Positions 60,100-64,000 of a stretch of 64,000 nucleotides of DNA are shown here, piece after piece. Under the pieces are notes generated by a model that ran no database searches, was not told where the DNA came from, and saw only the letters and a program-made list of their open reading frames with translations. The stretch is from Neoechinorhynchus agilis. Taxonomy: Eukaryota > Animalia > Acanthocephala. The position numbers and the translations under genes were made by a program. Within the stretch, counting starts at the first letter, position 1. The number at the start of each line of letters is the position of its first letter. Location: contig CM121341.1 in assembly GCA_051530055.1 (NCBI GenBank), positions 5,682,784-5,746,783 of the forward strand, written 5' to 3'.

Positions 60100-60441
60100 T
60101 TATTGCTTGCCGAGCTCCTCCAGCATTGAATCCTCAATAGTTGAAAATTGCTTTATAAGTAAGTTCAAAGCACATTCCAACGCGTTTTTGGCCGTATATT
60201 CTGGACCGATTGTTTGAATTCGAATGACAATCTTCTCTTGCAAAGGATGAGGCATGCAACAACTACAGAAATAAATCTTCTTATCTTTTATCATTTCCTC
60301 TCTTAACAATGTACCCATTGTATAGTCTTCATCAAGAATTGTAATTGTATAGGCGTTCTCGACGTTCTTCTCCTTTACTATCTTGATTTTATCCATTTTA
60401 TTAACCGAAAGGTACATTCGATATGCTTTGGGGTCGTTCAT
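60100..60441 (-). CDS. POLR2J: RNA polymerase II subunit RPB11-like (divergent, intronless, 113 aa)
   Basis: MNDPKAYRMYL (cf. MNAPPAFESFL), NAYTITILDEDYTMG (cf. EDHTLG), PHPLQEKIVIRIQT. RPB11/RPC19 family, with an RPB11-type N-terminus. Confidence 0.78.
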   Translation of the reverse strand: MNDPKAYRMYLSVNKMDKIKIVKEKNVENAYTITILDEDYTMGTLLREEMIKDKKIYFCSCCMPHPLQEKIVIRIQTIGPEYTAKNALECALNLLIKQFSTIEDSMLEELGKQ

Positions 60442-60482
60442 TGTGTAATTCTTAAATACTAAATAGGAGATTCTCAAAAAAA

Positions 60483-61850
60483 AGGAAAAATTGAACATTT
60501 TCTGAGGCACTGTTCAATCGCGAATTTTGATCTCTTTTGAAAGGAGCAAATTCTATTCATCCAAACGAGTTTATTAGACAAAGTTAAAATTTAGAATTCA
60601 ACTCAGGAGAAATGATAATCACCGCATTTCATTCGCGGACTAATTTTTATCTTTTATTTTTTAGAGAAGGAAAAATTGAACACTTTCTGAGGCAACGTTC
60701 GATTGAGAGAGCAAATTCTATTAATCCAAACGAGTTTATTAGACAAAGTTAAAATTTAGAATTCAACCTCAGAGAAATGATAATCACCGCATTTCATTCG
60801 CGGACTAATTTTTATCTTTTATTTTTTAGAGAAATAAAAATTGGACACTTTCTGAGGCAGCGTTCGATTGAGAGAGCAAATTCTATTAATCCAAACGAGT
60901 TTATTAGACAAAGTTAAAATTTAGAATTCAACCTCAGAGAAATGATAATCACCGCATTTCATTCGCGGACTAATTTTTATCTTTTATTTTTTAGAGAAAT
61001 AAAAATTGGACACTTTCTGAGGCAGCGTTCGATTGAGAATTTTGATCTCTTTTGAAAGGAGCAAATTCTATTAATCCAAACGAGTTTATTAGACAAAGTT
61101 AAAATTTAGAATTCAACTCAGAGAAATGATAATCACCGCATTTCATTCGCGGACTAATTTTTATCTTTTATTTTTTAGAGAAATAAAAATTGGACACTTT
61201 CTGAGGCAGCGTTCGATTGAGAATTTTGATCTCTTTTGAAAGGAGCAAATTCTATTAATCCAAACGAGTTTATTAGACAAAGTTAAAATTTAGAATTCAA
61301 CCTCAGAGAAATGATAATCACCGCATTTCATTCGCGGACTAATTTTTATCTTTTATTTTTTAGAGAAATAAAAATTGGACACTTTCTGAGGCAGCGTTCG
61401 ATTGAGAATTTTGATCTCTTTTGAAAGGAGCAAATTCTATTAATCCAAACGAGTTTATTAGACAAAGTTAAAATTTAGAATTCAACCTCAGAGAAATGAT
61501 AATCACCGCATTTCATTCGCGGACTAATTTTTATCTTTTATTTTTTAGAGAAATAAAAATTGGACACTTTCTGAGGCAGCGTTCGATTGAGAGAGCAAAT
61601 TCTATTAATCCAAACGAGTTTATTAGACAAAGTTAAAATTTAGAATTCAACCTCAGAGAAATGATAATCACCGCATTTCATTCGCGGACTAATTTTTATC
61701 TTTTATTTTTTAGAGAAATAAAAATTGGACACTTTCTGAGGCAGCGTTCGATTGAGAATTTTGATCTCTTTTGAAAGGAGCAAATTTTATTCATCCAAAC
61801 GAGTTTATTAGACAAAGTTAAAATTTAGAATTCAACTCCGAGGAAATGAT
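60483..61850. repeat. Tandem array, about 165/185-bp units x8
   Basis: aaaattg(g/a)acac recurs with 164-186-bp spacing. Units differ by an indel of about 20 bp (aattttgatctcttttgaaag). Confidence 0.95.
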
Positions 61851-62414
61851 ATAAACTTCCATTTTTAAAAGGTATTAAAACATCCCTTAGTCAGCTTTTT
61901 CGTCCACAAATATCGGTTGGCGGTGTGCCTAAAAAGGAAAAAGACGAATAAGAGATGACGTATTTTCTAAATCGATCAATTTCAATAATCGATACCGACA
62001 TAAGTTCTTGTTTTCGGCGTAAAAAAATAAAAAAGACTTTATCAGATCCGTGTTTTGGGAACCACAATCTTGTAACGCGTTTATCATTCGCACTTGAATG
62101 TGAGCCCAAAAAATCAGACCTAATAAATTCTTTAGTTTTTACGCCAAAAACAAGTTTGTATTAGTCACAGCATGGATTCCTTTTTTAACACGGAAGAATT
62201 CACGATGAGTACGTCATTATTTGTGTTGTGCATGATTCTATCTTGGTTTTTCAAGGAAGATTTATTGGAAAGTATCGGTCGGGTCGCGTTATTCACAATA
62301 TTCGTTGCTATTCGCCACAAACGAACTAAATATCCAATCGTTTCTTTCTTAGGTGCTTTTTTTCCAGAAAATACGCTGATGGGCGTTAAATCTCGAACTA
62401 TAAACCACGAAAAA

Positions 62415-63135
62415 AATAGAGATTGTTTTCTTATTCTCAATATATTTCGCCGGACTTCTTCGGGCTGTAAAAGTGTTTAATGAGCACTTGAACGTCTGCT
62501 TATTAAACACATTTTAACAGCCTCAAGAAGTCCAACAAAACAAACAAAATATATTGAGAATAATAAATCTTTATTTTTCAATGATTTTGCAAAAATCTTC
62601 TTTACGGAAAAGAATTCGCTGCAGTGAATGCATTAAATTTTTTATAGACCAAAAACTATTAGGAAAAAAGAAAAAACATAAATATGCTTCGAGAAGAATA
62701 AAGGAAGTTCCGCCATACTCAACCATTTTCTACAACAATTTTTATGGAAGTCATCATAAAAGGAGCCGTGTTCAAAGTCCTAAATAATTATATCTACACC
62801 AAGAAAGCTAAATCACTAAACTCCATGATTAAAAAACGAACATGGAAACAAAGCAATGTATTTTTTGGTGATAAGAAAAACGGAGATTGTTTTCTTATTC
62901 TCAATATATTTCGTCGGACTTCTTCGGGTTGTAAAAGTGTTTAATGAGCACTTGAACGTCTGCTTATTAAACACATTTTAACAGCCTCAAGAAGTCCAAC
63001 AAAACAAACAAAATATATTGAGAATAATAAATCTTTATTTTTCAATGATTATGAAAAACTCTTTTTTACGGAAAAGAATTCGCTGCAGTGAATGCATTAA
63101 ATTTTTTATAGACCAAAAACTATTAGGAAAAAAGA
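62415..63135. repeat. Direct duplication of about 260 bp (62415-62680 / 62880-63135)
   Basis: gagattgttttcttattctcaatatatttcg...ctattaggaaaaaagaaaa occurs twice. Confidence 0.88.
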
Positions 63136-63289
63136 AAATAATATTTCCCTCCCCGCATAGAAGATATTGAAATATTTCGCGAATAAAAAACGTCAAAATT
63201 CCCAATATTTCGTCCGTAGATCAGGGTGCCTCTATCCTGAGTTTTGGCCTATAATCCGCCCTATTTGACTGGAATGCTCACTTGGTATC

Positions 63290-63780
63290 CTCATTGTCAA
63301 AAATCAATCTCATGATTCGATGTTAGGACTTTGGTCCGTTTCCTTGTTCAACAGCGTTTAGATGATTAGTGTGCCCAATTTGTTGACTTTTGGGCATTCC
63401 GAGATGGAGTCGGCTAAAGGATTAACAATGCTGGACAATTTCTCGCTCTTGTCCTACTTCAGGATTCGGTTCCATTGAAATGGAACTTCCAAAAAGAAAA
63501 CCGGTTCTTTAGGTTCGTCATAGCGCTCGTCCCGAATACATCGAGCTATCTTGCTACTCGGATAATCCTTCCTTAGTTCATGGCATAGGACATTCTGATC
63601 AGACCAATATCGAAATGCTCTCCGATCCTCACTACTTTGTAGGATATTGATTGGGAAGATCGTCTTAGGAGAACATCCAGAAAAGCTAAGATGCTTTTAC
63701 CATTTCTGCGTCCCATTTTGTACGCTAATCGCACACACATCCAATTCGTATTCGTAGTTGCTTGCTCGTATAGAAAGATT
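63290..63780 (-). CDS. Possible multi-exon gene of unknown function
   Basis: Coding-looking in-frame blocks (ASNYEYELDVCAIS; TIFPINILQSSEDRRAFRYWSDQNVLCHELRKDYPS...FQWNRIL) separated by short stop-containing gaps. Confidence 0.4.
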
Positions 63781-64000
63781 TAAATGTAATTAAAAGAGAG
63801 AAGCAAGGCTGTGATGCCGAGAGAAGTGTTTTGCTAACGAATATTTTTAATCTGTCATTTAAATTAAAGACTGAGAGAGAGCAAGGTCCAAGAGTCTTTC
63901 TTTCATTAGATAAACATTTTCTAATCGATAATTGGGTAAAAGATTTAACCTGGCTAGATGGGGACGATAAAATGAAAAGCCAAAACGATGAATTTATTGT

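Noticed and set aside
5190-61850. CRISPR-like interpretation of the regular repeats
   Set aside because: The units are 109-300 bp with no unique spacers, there are no cas genes, and the DNA is eukaryotic. These are satellites.
689-62944. Most of the short ORF-track entries (e.g. 2733+, 14739-, 19297+, 31762-, 47662+, 50907+, 54506+, 61891-)
   Set aside because: They are antisense or off-frame shadows of real genes, or fall in satellites and intergenic DNA with no coding signature.
63665-63700. A further GT...AA non-canonical intron (36 nt)
   Set aside because: An in-phase 60-nt GT-AG intron (gtacaa...cctaag) covers the same stop, and there is no homologue to arbitrate.

Overview
Eukaryotic DNA from a gene-dense, AT-rich invertebrate animal genome with short introns (typically 42-55 nt); the species cannot be named from the sequence alone. 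Recognisable genes: myosin regulatory light chain, a rhodopsin-class peptide GPCR, WDR26, taspase-1, claspin, a divergent TGS1, an ankyrin/SOCS-box protein, PSMD9, a Pmp3/UPF0057 protein, SF3B1, a divergent histone H3 variant and a divergent RPB11. There are also two small type-I membrane proteins and several orphan ORFs. Between the genes lie six or more unrelated short tandem arrays (109-265 bp units), foldback/MITE elements, fragments of CR1/L2/Jockey-type and CRE-type non-LTR retrotransposons, and a 430-bp inverted duplication. Main observation: besides about 20 ordinary GT-AG introns, up to six introns in four genes (SF3B1 x2, GPCR, taspase-1, ankyrin-SOCS x2) appear to begin with GT but end in a non-AG dinucleotide (TCG three times; TA, TG, AA once each). 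They lack a pyrimidine tract, and their two ends base-pair through 7-15 bp inverted repeats that usually stop 2-5 nt before the 3' junction. For the two SF3B1 introns no GT-AG solution preserves the highly conserved protein. This points to a structure-defined class of non-canonical introns. Exact junctions are inferred from protein homology recalled from memory and need RNA confirmation.
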